Positions 46,109 to 55,073 of a stretch of DNA of 64,000 nucleotides are shown in pieces. This DNA is from Minisyncoccota bacterium (lineage in GTDB: Bacteria > Patescibacteriota > Minisyncoccia > Phycocordibacterales > Phycocordibacteraceae): the NCBI GenBank assembly GCA_022842945.1, contig JALHOO010000001.1:24847-88846 (forward strand), written 5' to 3'. The notes under the pieces were generated by a model. That model ran no database searches, was not told where the DNA came from, and worked only from the letters and a program-made list of their open reading frames with translations. Position 1 is the stretch's first letter. Every line of letters begins with the position of its first letter. A program made the position numbers and the translations under genes.

Positions 46109-47098
46109 ATGCTTAACAAGAACGCACATCTGCACGACGCAGTCTTTTCCAAAGACATTGCTGAGAAGCCAACACGCGACGGGTTTGGACTTGGTACGGT
46201 TGAAGCCGGGAAGAAGAATCCAAACGTTGTTGTACTGTGTGCCGATCTCAAAGAGTCTACGCGTGCGGAATGGTTCGAGAATGAGTTCCCGGACCGCTTC
46301 ATTGAAGTAGGTGTCGCAGAACAGAATATGGCAACCGTTGCGAGCGGTATGGCAGCGGTTGGGAAGCGTCCGTTCATTGCGTCGTATGCTGCCTTTTCTC
46401 CAGGACGTAACTATGAGCAAATTCGCACAACTATCGCACTCAACCAACAGCCGGTTGTTGTGTGCGGTATGCATGCAGGAGTGTCGGTAGGGCCGGACGG
46501 CGCTACGCACCAGATGCTCGAAGACATTGGCATGATGCGCATGCTTCCCAACATGAACGTTATCGTTCCGGGGGATGCTGAAGAAGCAAAGAAGGCTGTT
46601 ATGGCGGCCGCTGAATGCGAGGGACCTAGCTACATACGCTTTGGACGCACTGCAACTCCCGTGTTTACGACGCCTGATACGCCCTTTGCCATAGGGAAGG
46701 CGCTAGAGCTCTGGAGCTCAGAGAAGCCAAAGGTTGCTGTTATGTCTACCGGAGCGCTCTCGTATGAGGCGTTGCTTGCAGCGCGTGCGCTTGCGACAGA
46801 AGGGGTTGAGGTTTCAGTACTACACGTCCCGTCTGTTAAGCCACTCGACGAACAGGCAGTGCTCGCAGCTGCTAAGAAAGCAGGTCGGGTTATAACCATC
46901 GAAGAGCACCAGGCAGCGGGAGGTTTTGGAAGCGCTATTGCCGAGTTTCTTTCGGGAGCGTATCCCGTACCTATTACTCGCCTTGGGGTGCAGGACCAGT
47001 TTGGACAGTCCGGAACACCGTCTGAGCTACTTATACACTACGGCCTTTCAAGTGCCGCAATACGCAGTGCCGTACATGCTATCGTAAAGGGTACATAA
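46109..47098 (+). CDS. Transketolase, C-terminal subunit
   Basis: EVGVAEQNM, GPDGATHQMLED, YIRFGR, EEHQAAGG. Confidence 0.95.
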   Translation: MLNKNAHLHDAVFSKDIAEKPTRDGFGLGTVEAGKKNPNVVVLCADLKESTRAEWFENEFPDRFIEVGVAEQNMATVASGMAAVGKRPFIASYAAFSPGRNYEQIRTTIALNQQPVVVCGMHAGVSVGPDGATHQMLEDIGMMRMLPNMNVIVPGDAEEAKKAVMAAAECEGPSYIRFGRTATPVFTTPDTPFAIGKALELWSSEKPKVAVMSTGALSYEALLAARALATEGVEVSVLHVPSVKPLDEQAVLAAAKKAGRVITIEEHQAAGGFGSAIAEFLSGAYPVPITRLGVQDQFGQSGTPSELLIHYGLSSAAIRSAVHAIVKGT

Positions 47099-47103
47099 TA
47101 CTT

Positions 47104-47274
47104 ATGCGCGGAAAGAAGCTTTCAACCTACGTAGCAGTGCTTGCAATTACAGTATTTGGCGGCATGGCCACTCTGCTCATTGTTAATGCGGCACACTCTG
47201 TTGAAGACGAGGGGGTGTACGCAGGCATGGATCCCTTTGCTCCAGAGCACGAGCCTGACGCTATTCACGAATAG
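47104..47274 (+). CDS. Small membrane protein (56 aa, below the ORF-track cutoff)
   Basis: MRGKKLSTYVAVLAITVFGGMATLLIVNAA followed by an acidic tail; fills the gap between transketolase and the terminator. Confidence 0.6.
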   Translation: MRGKKLSTYVAVLAITVFGGMATLLIVNAAHSVEDEGVYAGMDPFAPEHEPDAIHE

Positions 47275-47280
47275 TGCACA

Positions 47281-47311
47281 AAAAACACTCCCGCAATGCG
47301 GGAGTGTTTTT
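47281..47311. terminator. Bidirectional terminator
   Basis: AAAAACACTCCCGCA-A-TGCGGGAGTGTTTTT between convergent genes. Confidence 0.88.
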
Positions 47312-47313
47312 GT

Positions 47314-48309
47314 TTACGCAATGTCTGTGATCTTGTATTCCGGGGGTGCGTAAGCGAGATACTGTTCGAGCTTTTCGCGCGTAAGAAGTCCTGCCTGAGC
47401 ACCTACTTCCTGCACTACGGACATGGAGTTAATAGGTCCCCACAGAAGAGCCTCTTCAAGGGTCTTTCCAAGAGAGAGTGCCGCGGCAACCGTTGAGGCG
47501 AAGGAATCTCCAGCACCCGTGCGCTCAAATGGTGCACGCGCGTCTGGGTACATGGGTACGTGCATCTTTCGGATACCGTCGTATGCGTACGCACCCTCAC
47601 GTCCGTCGGTTATAACCACCGTCTCAGGTCCAAGCGCCCGCATGTCCTCAAGAAGAGAACCCATGTCAGTACTCTTGGTGCCAAGAATACGCATAGCCTC
47701 CTCTTTGTTGCAGAAGAAGAGTGCGCTTCTCGTGTAGAGTGCAGAAAGTTTCTCCTTGCCCAGCTTCATCTGGAAGGTCCCCGGCTGGAAGGCGAGCTTT
47801 GTGGTTGGGTGCTTCTCGAGGAAGCTAACCAGTGCCTCGTGATAGGGAAGCGAGTTCTCTGAAAGAGATGAGAGGTACACCCACGCAGGACTCTCCGATA
47901 GCTCAGGAACGGTATAGGTGTAGTCCTCATGCTTTACGAGAATAGTACGCTCGCTTCCGTACCAGAGTACGTAATGGTAGTTAGTGTTCTTACCCGGCTC
48001 TGTAACCATAAGAGAGGTGTCCACGCCTTCCTCGACAAGCTTCGCAATGCATTCAGGTCCGTACCGGTCGTCTCCTACATAGGCACGAAGAGAACTAGAG
48101 AGACCAAGTCTACTTGCGGACACGGCCGCGTTTGACGCGTTGCCCACAGCTACCGCTAACACGGCGTATTCATAGGGTATTTTGTCCCCAAAGCGCATGC
48201 ACAGCTGCTTGCCCTCAGCGTCTTTCATCTCTTCTACGTGTGCGTCCGTAAGGCGAATAAAGGGTTCTGTAACAATGTCGCCGATGGCGAGGAAATCAAT
48301 AGGCTTCAT
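47314..48309 (-). CDS. PfkB-family carbohydrate kinase
   Basis: GNASNAAV..SRLG, VGDDRYG, CNKEEA, ERTGAGDSF; TATACT 6 nt before ATG 48309. Confidence 0.9.
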   Translation of the reverse strand: MKPIDFLAIGDIVTEPFIRLTDAHVEEMKDAEGKQLCMRFGDKIPYEYAVLAVAVGNASNAAVSASRLGLSSSLRAYVGDDRYGPECIAKLVEEGVDTSLMVTEPGKNTNYHYVLWYGSERTILVKHEDYTYTVPELSESPAWVYLSSLSENSLPYHEALVSFLEKHPTTKLAFQPGTFQMKLGKEKLSALYTRSALFFCNKEEAMRILGTKSTDMGSLLEDMRALGPETVVITDGREGAYAYDGIRKMHVPMYPDARAPFERTGAGDSFASTVAAALSLGKTLEEALLWGPINSMSVVQEVGAQAGLLTREKLEQYLAYAPPEYKITDIA

Positions 48310-48391
48310 AGGGCGAGTATACCGCATTTGGTGTTTGCGTAATCCCAATACACGAAGAGAAAGACTTCACCGTATCCGCTATACTAAAGGT

Positions 48392-49417
48392 ATGACTGAT
48401 CTCTCATCACTTGCGCGTTCCTTAGTAGTTCCGGGTAAGGGCATCCTCGCTGCAGACGAAAGCGAGGGCACTGCAGACGAGAAGCGTCTTGCGGCATTCG
48501 GTATTGAAACAGGTCCAGAGATGCGTCGGAAGTTCCGCGATCTCTTGCTTGCGACACCAGGCATCGAGGAATATTTGAGCGGCGTGATTTTGTACAAGGA
48601 GACGCTTTCTCAGAAAGATACGTCAGACGGTATTCCTTCCAAAGAGGTAGACGGTCTTCCGTTCTCCGAGCTTCTCGCGCGCCGCGGCATTATTCCTGGC
48701 ATCAAGGTGGATGAAGGTCTTGAGCCAATTGCTGAAGGCTCTAAGGAAACCATAACCAAGGGACTTCTCGGACTTCCTGAGAGACTTGCCGAGTATCATG
48801 CAGAGCACGGCACCCAGTTCACAAAGTGGCGGGCGGCGCTACGTATTGAAGGAGACACCCTTCCAAGTGCTGCAGCACTCGTAGAGAATGCAAAGCGCCT
48901 TGCCTCATATGCCTGCGAGGTGCAGCGGGCCGGTATGGTGCCTATCCTTGAGCCAGAGGTTCTCTTGGATGGGGCACACGGGCGTTTGCGCTCACGTGCG
49001 GTGCTTGAACAGACCATGCGTGTTCTCTTTGAGACACTGAACGAACAGTGTGCTGACATCTCCGGCATCATCATAAAGACCTCCATGGTGCTTTCTGGAA
49101 GCGAGACTGGGAAGAAGGACACCCCCGAAGAAGTGGCAGAGGATACGGTGGGGGCGCTTATGGAAAGCGTGCCACGAGAGGTTGCAGGAATTGTATTCCT
49201 TTCAGGAGGCCAGACTCCGGACCAGGCAACGGAGAACCTTGCGGCTATAACCGTAGCCGCACGCGCAAAGAACGCACCGTGGCCTCTAACCTTTAGCTAC
49301 GGACGCGCTCTTCAGGAAGAGGCGCTCAGCGTATGGAAGGGAAAGGATGAGAACGTAACAGAGGCACGTGCAGTCTTCCTTGCGCGCCTTGCGAAAGTTG
49401 CAGGGGCCATTACGTAG
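48392..49417 (+). CDS. Class I fructose-bisphosphate aldolase
   Basis: KGILAADES, GIKVDEG, TKWRA, VPILEPEV, FLSGGQ, FSYGRALQ. Confidence 0.95.
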   Translation: MTDLSSLARSLVVPGKGILAADESEGTADEKRLAAFGIETGPEMRRKFRDLLLATPGIEEYLSGVILYKETLSQKDTSDGIPSKEVDGLPFSELLARRGIIPGIKVDEGLEPIAEGSKETITKGLLGLPERLAEYHAEHGTQFTKWRAALRIEGDTLPSAAALVENAKRLASYACEVQRAGMVPILEPEVLLDGAHGRLRSRAVLEQTMRVLFETLNEQCADISGIIIKTSMVLSGSETGKKDTPEEVAEDTVGALMESVPREVAGIVFLSGGQTPDQATENLAAITVAARAKNAPWPLTFSYGRALQEEALSVWKGKDENVTEARAVFLARLAKVAGAIT

Positions 49418-49446
49418 CATTAATACCAAGAGCTAAGAGTATCTAT

Positions 49447-49698
49447 ATGAACGTACAGTTTAACGAGCCTGAGTATGCAGCAGCGCCAGCCGCTCTAGCC
49501 TCTAATAAGAGGGGACCCCTTATGGGCTTTATCATTGGGCAGAAATGGGCGAAAGATGAAGCGGGAGCGCAGCGCATCCTTCTGTACATTCTCATTGTTG
49601 TTGTGGCTGTTACCGGTATGATCCTTGTATCAGGATTAAACTTCTCAAGTCCTCCTCCACCCATTATTCCTGCAACACCAGGAGCTGGTGCGCCCTAG
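49447..49698 (+). CDS. Small single-pass membrane protein (83 aa), paralog 2 of 3
   Basis: VQFNEPE, WAKDEAGAQRIL, TM helix, Pro-rich tail. Confidence 0.75.
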   Translation: MNVQFNEPEYAAAPAALASNKRGPLMGFIIGQKWAKDEAGAQRILLYILIVVVAVTGMILVSGLNFSSPPPPIIPATPGAGAP

Positions 49699-49719
49699 TG
49701 CATCAAGAGATACTGAAAT

Positions 49720-50181
49720 CTAATAGGGATTACAGATGCAGTAGTAGGTATTCGACGATGTGTCGCACCAATTCTGCCCCGGTGCCCACGGACGACACGA
49801 ACCTGCATATCCGGTTGAGGCAGCGGTGCCGGAAAATTGACTTACGACAAGACCTCCAATGGCTCCTCCATAGTCGTAGTAGTAGTACGGATACGAGGGA
49901 TTAGGAGAGGTGGGGAGCGAAGCAATAAATCCTTCAGTAACTAGTGGTGTAAGTACGTTTGGAAGGAGCGATCCACAGCATGATTGGGGGTTTGCTGGAT
50001 AGGCACCGTACTTGCCGAAGTACAGCTGCAGCGCTGTAGACACTTGTCTGAGATCGGTACGAATTTTCGCATCATTTGCCTTTGCGCGGGCAGTGCCAAG
50101 AGAAGCGAGTACCACACTTGAAAGCACGCCAATGATGGCGATTACCACGAGAAGTTCAATAAGGGTGAAGCCGCGTTTCAT
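49720..50181 (-). CDS. Type IV pilin / GspG-like prepilin
   Basis: MKRG/FTLIELLVVIAIIG; Cys-containing C-terminal domain; start at ATG 50181. Confidence 0.92.
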   Translation of the reverse strand: MKRGFTLIELLVVIAIIGVLSSVVLASLGTARAKANDAKIRTDLRQVSTALQLYFGKYGAYPANPQSCCGSLLPNVLTPLVTEGFIASLPTSPNPSYPYYYYDYGGAIGGLVVSQFSGTAASTGYAGSCRPWAPGQNWCDTSSNTYYCICNPY

Positions 50182-50182
50182 A

Positions 50183-50434
50183 TTATCGGGGGACCGTCTG
50201 TTGAGACTGTGCTCGTTCAGTGTATTCGTTTGGAGACACGGTAGTGGTGCTGTTTCCGTTGAGTAACGCAATACCGGCAAGGACGAGGCATCCAGCTGCC
50301 ACAACTAGTAATACAATAAGAGCTTGTTTTTCATCCTTGGCGAATCCCCAGCGCATCACAAGCGCATAGAGGCCTGTGGGTGCGGAGCTCACCGTCCGTG
50401 CCATCTGCGGCTCTTCATTAAAGGTAACGCTCAT
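50183..50434 (-). CDS. Small single-pass membrane protein (83 aa), paralog 3 of 3
   Basis: VTFNEEP, GFAKDEKQALIVL, TM helix; stop lies 1 nt before the pilin ATG. Confidence 0.78.
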   Translation of the reverse strand: MSVTFNEEPQMARTVSSAPTGLYALVMRWGFAKDEKQALIVLLVVAAGCLVLAGIALLNGNSTTTVSPNEYTERAQSQQTVPR

Positions 50435-50543
50435 ACCTAGTACTATAGCTAATTGTAGAGCATTGTAGATAGAGTCCGGGGACAGTGGTCACCAGGGCTA
50501 CGCACTTGTGCCTAACAGCCTTTTCAGGCATACTCCATGCACT

Positions 50544-51179
50544 ATGCAGCACAGCCTAACCGTTTCCCCCCGCACTATTGTGGGCAAGAGTTCTGAGAGC
50601 CTTAACAAAGAGGGCGCATTGCCTGCGGTCGTATACGGCCCAAAGCAGGAGGCAATCTCTCTAACCGTACCCCTCGCTGAGTTTGAGGCGCTCCTTCGCC
50701 GTGGTGGTGAGTCTGCGCTTATTACCCTCACAGGACTCGAGAAGCCTCTCCAGGTGCTTATCCATGATCTTGATCGCGACCCGGTTACCCACGTACCCCG
50801 TCACGCTGATTTCTATGCGGTAGAGAAGGGAGCAAAGGTTACGGTATCGGTACCGCTCGCATTCGTTGGTGACTCTCTTGCCATGAAGGCAGGCGCAAAC
50901 CTCGTTAAGGTGCTTCATGAAGTTGAGATCGAGTCTGACCCTTCAAAGCTCCCCTCTGAGATCGAGGTGGACATCTCCGCGCTCGCTGAGATGGGCGACC
51001 AGATCCACGTATCCAGCCTCAAGGCCCCTGCAGGTGTCGAGATTCTCACTCCTGGAGACGAAGTAGTAGCGCTCGCGCAGGCTGTAGAAGAAGAGCCTGA
51101 GGAGACTGCAACGCTTGATATGGATGCTATTCAGGTTGAGAAGAAGGGCAAGGCAGAGACAGAAGAGGAAGCAGCGTAA
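50544..51179 (+). CDS. rplY: 50S ribosomal protein L25 (long CTC type)
   Basis: LPAVVYG, DPVT..PRHADF, acidic tail. Confidence 0.93.
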   Translation: MQHSLTVSPRTIVGKSSESLNKEGALPAVVYGPKQEAISLTVPLAEFEALLRRGGESALITLTGLEKPLQVLIHDLDRDPVTHVPRHADFYAVEKGAKVTVSVPLAFVGDSLAMKAGANLVKVLHEVEIESDPSKLPSEIEVDISALAEMGDQIHVSSLKAPAGVEILTPGDEVVALAQAVEEEPEETATLDMDAIQVEKKGKAETEEEAA

Positions 51180-51193
51180 CGCACTCGAATTGA

Positions 51194-51225
51194 ACAAACG
51201 CCTGCACGTACGTGCAGGCGTTTGT
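51194..51225. terminator. 32-bp perfect palindrome / terminator
   Basis: ACAAACGCCTGCACGT/ACGTGCAGGCGTTTGT. Confidence 0.75.
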
Positions 51226-51253
51226 CGTACGTCATCTGGTATACTAGTCCTCT

Positions 51254-52585
51254 ATGAAGCGCTCGTTCATTGTTGCTGCTCTCTTTCTTTCCGTTCTCGT
51301 CCTTCCTGGCGTTCTTGTTGCGCAGGAGCTTTCTGGCGAGGAGCGTGCGGCGCTTGAGCGACAGCTCGCGAATCTCGAGCGCGAGATGCAGCGCACACAA
51401 GCAACCATTGATTCTCTTTCAGCTGAAGGCGCGTCCCTTCAGCGCGACATTGCTATTCTTGATGGCGAGATTAAGAAAGCAAAGCTCCAGGTGCGCACTA
51501 CCGAAACAGAGATCCAGGCGCTTTCTGCCGGCATAACCATACACAGCAGAACTATCGGTACGCTCTCAGAGAAGATGATACGTGAGCAGGAGTCTCTTGC
51601 GCAGATTCTGCGCCGTACTGACGCTATAGATGACACGTCTCTAGTTGAAGCGGTCCTTTCAAACGGCGACCTCTCTGACGTATTTGGAGACCTTGATGCG
51701 TTTGCATCCGTGAAGCAGGCGATGCGTGTTTCCTTTGAAGAACTGCGTGATACCCGCATTGAGACTGAGAGGGAGAAGATGGGTCTTGAAGACCAGCGTA
51801 CAGACCAGCAGATATTGCGTTCTGCACTCATCCTGGACCAACAGAAGGTGCAGGCAAAGGAAGCAGAAAAGAGAAAACTCCTTAACGAGACCAAGGGACA
51901 GGAGAGCCAGTACCGCCAACTCAAGAGCTCCCAGGAACAGACGGCGGCACAGATTCGCGCAAAGCTATTCCCGCTTCGCGACACGAGCGGTATTCAGTTC
52001 GGAGACGCCGTGAAGTATGCACAATCTGCCTCGAGAGTAACTGGCGTACGTCCCGCACTTATTCTTGCGATCCTTTCGCAGGAATCAGACCTTGGAAAGA
52101 ATGTGGGCCAGTGTCTCATAACGGACCTCACTACCGGAGACGGAAAGGGAAAGAACACGGGTACCCCGTTCCCGGGCACCATGAAAGTCCCGCGCGACAC
52201 CGTGCCGTTTGAGCGTCTTATGAAGGCAGCAGGACGTGATTGGCGCGCAACACCAATCTCCTGTCCTCTCCCTGGAGGGTATGGAGGTGCTATGGGACCA
52301 ACGCAGTTCATCCCAAGTACCTGGGAGATGTACGAGGCACGTATTAAGTCTGCGCTTGGTGTGGGGGCAGCTGATCCATGGAATGCGCTTCATGCCATAA
52401 CCGCAACCGGTCTCTATCTGTCAGACGGGGGAGCTGCAGGAGGATCCTATATTGCTGAGCACACCTCAGCAGCCAAATACTACGCAGGAGGGAACTGGGC
52501 GACGTCTGGCCAGGGATACGCCAACAGTGTTATGTCGAAGGCAGCAGCGTTCCAGAAAGACATTGATTTCTTGAACGCAAACTAG
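51254..52585 (+). CDS. Secreted coiled-coil lytic transglycosylase (SLT_2/MltB-like)
   Basis: Signal peptide, long coiled coil, AILSQES, GAMGPTQFIPSTW, ADPWN. Confidence 0.85.
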   Translation: MKRSFIVAALFLSVLVLPGVLVAQELSGEERAALERQLANLEREMQRTQATIDSLSAEGASLQRDIAILDGEIKKAKLQVRTTETEIQALSAGITIHSRTIGTLSEKMIREQESLAQILRRTDAIDDTSLVEAVLSNGDLSDVFGDLDAFASVKQAMRVSFEELRDTRIETEREKMGLEDQRTDQQILRSALILDQQKVQAKEAEKRKLLNETKGQESQYRQLKSSQEQTAAQIRAKLFPLRDTSGIQFGDAVKYAQSASRVTGVRPALILAILSQESDLGKNVGQCLITDLTTGDGKGKNTGTPFPGTMKVPRDTVPFERLMKAAGRDWRATPISCPLPGGYGGAMGPTQFIPSTWEMYEARIKSALGVGAADPWNALHAITATGLYLSDGGAAGGSYIAEHTSAAKYYAGGNWATSGQGYANSVMSKAAAFQKDIDFLNAN

Positions 52586-52662
52586 CCTGTGCATAAGGCG
52601 TAGGATGCTTCGATAAACCGAGGCATACTTAGTACTATCAAGAATAACGTTACCTAGTATCT

Positions 52663-54672
52663 ATGCTCACTCACTCCACCTTGCGATCAGTCGTACCGCT
52701 TCTTCTACTTGCAGCTTCTTTTATCGTTGCGGCAGGGGCCATGGTTGTTGTTCCTGAAACGACGTACGCGCAGTGTGGCGGGATTACACTCGTCTGTACA
52801 AGCGATAGAGGTAGCCAGGGTGATGGTAATTTTTCACATGCCACAAACGGTTGCCTTAGCGGCTTTGGATATATACAACAGGATCAGTGCGACTCGGGCG
52901 GAGGAGGAGGAGGAGATGTGGGAGGCGGCGGTGGTGGTGAAGTAAGTGGTCCAACTGCATTCATTCTTATTAATCCAGACTCACTCGTCGCTGGATCCTC
53001 GGCAGAACTTTCGTGGGGATCATCAAATGTGACCTCGTGCTCCATCAATCAGGGCATTGGAAGTGTTGGTGCAAACACGAACGGATCAAGGACGGTTTCC
53101 CCCACAGTAACAACAACGTACGTACTTACGTGCGCTACTGGCGAGCCACCGTCGGGATCGGTATGGCAGTACCAGTCGAGCGACATTTCAGACCTAAGTT
53201 GCCCACTTACACAGAACTCGAGCGTATACAATAACGTTCCTGATTGCCCGGGCTCTGCACAGGGTCCTCAAGGTCAGCAGTGCAACCCTGCAGCAAATGA
53301 TAGCTGCAAGATAAATTACGCAAACCAGTCCACATGTAATATCGAGACAAGTCTTTACACCTGCTCGCCGTCAGGCTCCTCTGGCTCAGGCACGGTAAGT
53401 AGTGCCGTTACGGTCACGGTTAACCAGGTACCAGATCTTATCGGTCAGGTTGGAGGTGCTGCAACAACGAATGCAAATCAGCCTGTGACACTTTATGGCG
53501 GTGTGGCGAATGAGGGAGTTGGTGCTGCGGAATACTTCCCGAATCTTATTCAGGTGTGTGACACCAACTGCGCAACAATTAATCAGACAATAGCAGCGAC
53601 TGCGGCAGATTCATTAGCACCTGAGGCTTGGCAGCAAGTATCAGCTTCGTATACGCCGTCTACTCAGGGTCAACAGTTCTATCGTGTGTGTGCAAACAAC
53701 AACACGAGCTGGGTGAATGTGCATACGGAGAGTAACTATGGGAACAACTGTAGTGGCTGGCAGCATCTTACAGTTGGTACTCCTGCACCAGATCTTACGG
53801 CGGGTGCCATAACACCTAATACGGCTTCCTTGGGACAGACACGAACTCTCTCTGCAACCATTACTAATGTGGGGGCTGTAGCTGCTGGCGCGAGTACAGG
53901 ATACTTCCAGCTCACGGCACCGGTAGCAAAGCAGTCAACAAACGCATCGGTATCAATCCCAACGATTTCGCCAAGTGGAGCGACGCCTGCAAGCTTTAGT
54001 TACACGTTCCTAACGTCAGGTACGTATAGTGTCCGCTTGTGTGCAGATTGGGCCAATACAGTTGCCGAATCAAACGAAGGCAATAATTGCGGTCCGTGGA
54101 CTGATGTGTCAGTGAGTGAAACGCCTGTTAATTCAAGTGTCTCGTGCTCGGTTAATACCCAATCTGCGCTTGTTGGGGGAAGTGTGACCTATACGGCAAG
54201 TCCTGTCGCGGGTGCCACATCACCCTATAGCTGGCTCGGTTCAGATGGTGCAACCGGCTTTGGTTCAGGAAGCACGGTAACGCGCACCTTCACAGGTACT
54301 GGAAGTTACGGTATGCAGGTAACGGCAACCAATGCTGCGACGCCCGCACAGTGTCCTCTGGTTACCGTTGGTGCAAGCTGGTGTACTGCCGGTTCCCCAA
54401 CACTCACCATAACGGCAACACCAAACCGTGTTCGTGCAGGGCAGTCCTCGGTAGTTACGTGGAGTGCCTCTGGAGTAAACGGAGAGGGCGCGAGCTGTAC
54501 GGTAACGGGCCTTACCACGCCATGGAGCTCAGCAGTCTCTGCAGCTCCTGTGTGTAGCGCTGGAAGTAGTGCAACAGAGACTATTAACACTCAGCGCACC
54601 TTTACGCTTACGTGTGGAGGGCAGAGTCAGTCCGTAACCGTAAACGTTATTCCGGGCATCATTGAGTTCTAG
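52663..54672 (+). CDS. Secreted Cys/Ser/Thr-rich surface protein with CARDB/Ig-like domains
   Basis: Signal peptide; two PDL...N.G...RVCA/RLCAD...ESNEGNN CARDB-like units; PKD-like segments. Confidence 0.78.
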   Translation: MLTHSTLRSVVPLLLLAASFIVAAGAMVVVPETTYAQCGGITLVCTSDRGSQGDGNFSHATNGCLSGFGYIQQDQCDSGGGGGGDVGGGGGGEVSGPTAFILINPDSLVAGSSAELSWGSSNVTSCSINQGIGSVGANTNGSRTVSPTVTTTYVLTCATGEPPSGSVWQYQSSDISDLSCPLTQNSSVYNNVPDCPGSAQGPQGQQCNPAANDSCKINYANQSTCNIETSLYTCSPSGSSGSGTVSSAVTVTVNQVPDLIGQVGGAATTNANQPVTLYGGVANEGVGAAEYFPNLIQVCDTNCATINQTIAATAADSLAPEAWQQVSASYTPSTQGQQFYRVCANNNTSWVNVHTESNYGNNCSGWQHLTVGTPAPDLTAGAITPNTASLGQTRTLSATITNVGAVAAGASTGYFQLTAPVAKQSTNASVSIPTISPSGATPASFSYTFLTSGTYSVRLCADWANTVAESNEGNNCGPWTDVSVSETPVNSSVSCSVNTQSALVGGSVTYTASPVAGATSPYSWLGSDGATGFGSGSTVTRTFTGTGSYGMQVTATNAATPAQCPLVTVGASWCTAGSPTLTITATPNRVRAGQSSVVTWSASGVNGEGASCTVTGLTTPWSSAVSAAPVCSAGSSATETINTQRTFTLTCGGQSQSVTVNVIPGIIEF

Positions 54673-54758
54673 TCTTTTCTAGGTTCAGGGTAGGTACGAG
54701 AACCGCTCCCTGGGGGGCGGTTGCTCGCTTTACGGTGCTCTGGTATAGTTTCGAAGCA

Positions 54759-55016
54759 ATGAAGAAAGACATCCACCCAGCAGATTACCGTCAGGTCCTC
54801 TTTGAGGATATGTCCTCTGGCGCCCAGTTCTTGGTTGGTTCAACTATCCGTACGTCGGAGACAGGAACCTTCGAAGGCAAGGAGTACCCAAAGTACGTTA
54901 TCGAGATCTCAAGCGCCTCTCACCCGTTCTACACCGGTGAGGACCGCTCTCTTGATAAGACGGGACGCGTTGAGCGCTTCAAGCAGCGCCAGGCAGTCGC
55001 AAAAGCAGGCAAGTAA
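54759..55016 (+). CDS. rpmE2: 50S ribosomal protein L31 type B
   Basis: MKKDIHP, EISSASHPFYTG, GRVERF; no Cys. Confidence 0.95.
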   Translation: MKKDIHPADYRQVLFEDMSSGAQFLVGSTIRTSETGTFEGKEYPKYVIEISSASHPFYTGEDRSLDKTGRVERFKQRQAVAKAGK

Positions 55017-55027
55017 CGATCGTATAC

Positions 55028-55055
55028 GAGCGCTCCGCCAAAAGGCGGGGCGCTC
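55028..55055 (+). terminator. Hairpin terminator
   Basis: GAGCGCTCCGCC-AAAA-GGCGGGGCGCTC. Confidence 0.65.
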
Positions 55056-55073
55056 TTGCGGTATCATCTCACT

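Noticed and set aside
49423-49435. 13-bp match ATACCAAGAGCTA to the IS end region (15266-15278)
   Set aside because: Dozens of 13-bp matches are expected by chance in 64 kb; it lacks the TIR tip and a TSD
42687-50181. Inverted pilin pair as an invertible pilin switch
   Set aside because: The 25 identical N-terminal residues are encoded by heavily diverged synonymous codons; no DNA inverted repeat or invertase was seen
13799-52596. DnaA-box matches (13799 and 20539 perfect; 27221, 44474 and 52588 near) as a replication origin
   Set aside because: They are single and many kb apart, with no cluster and no dnaA/dnaN here; at most they are regulatory sites
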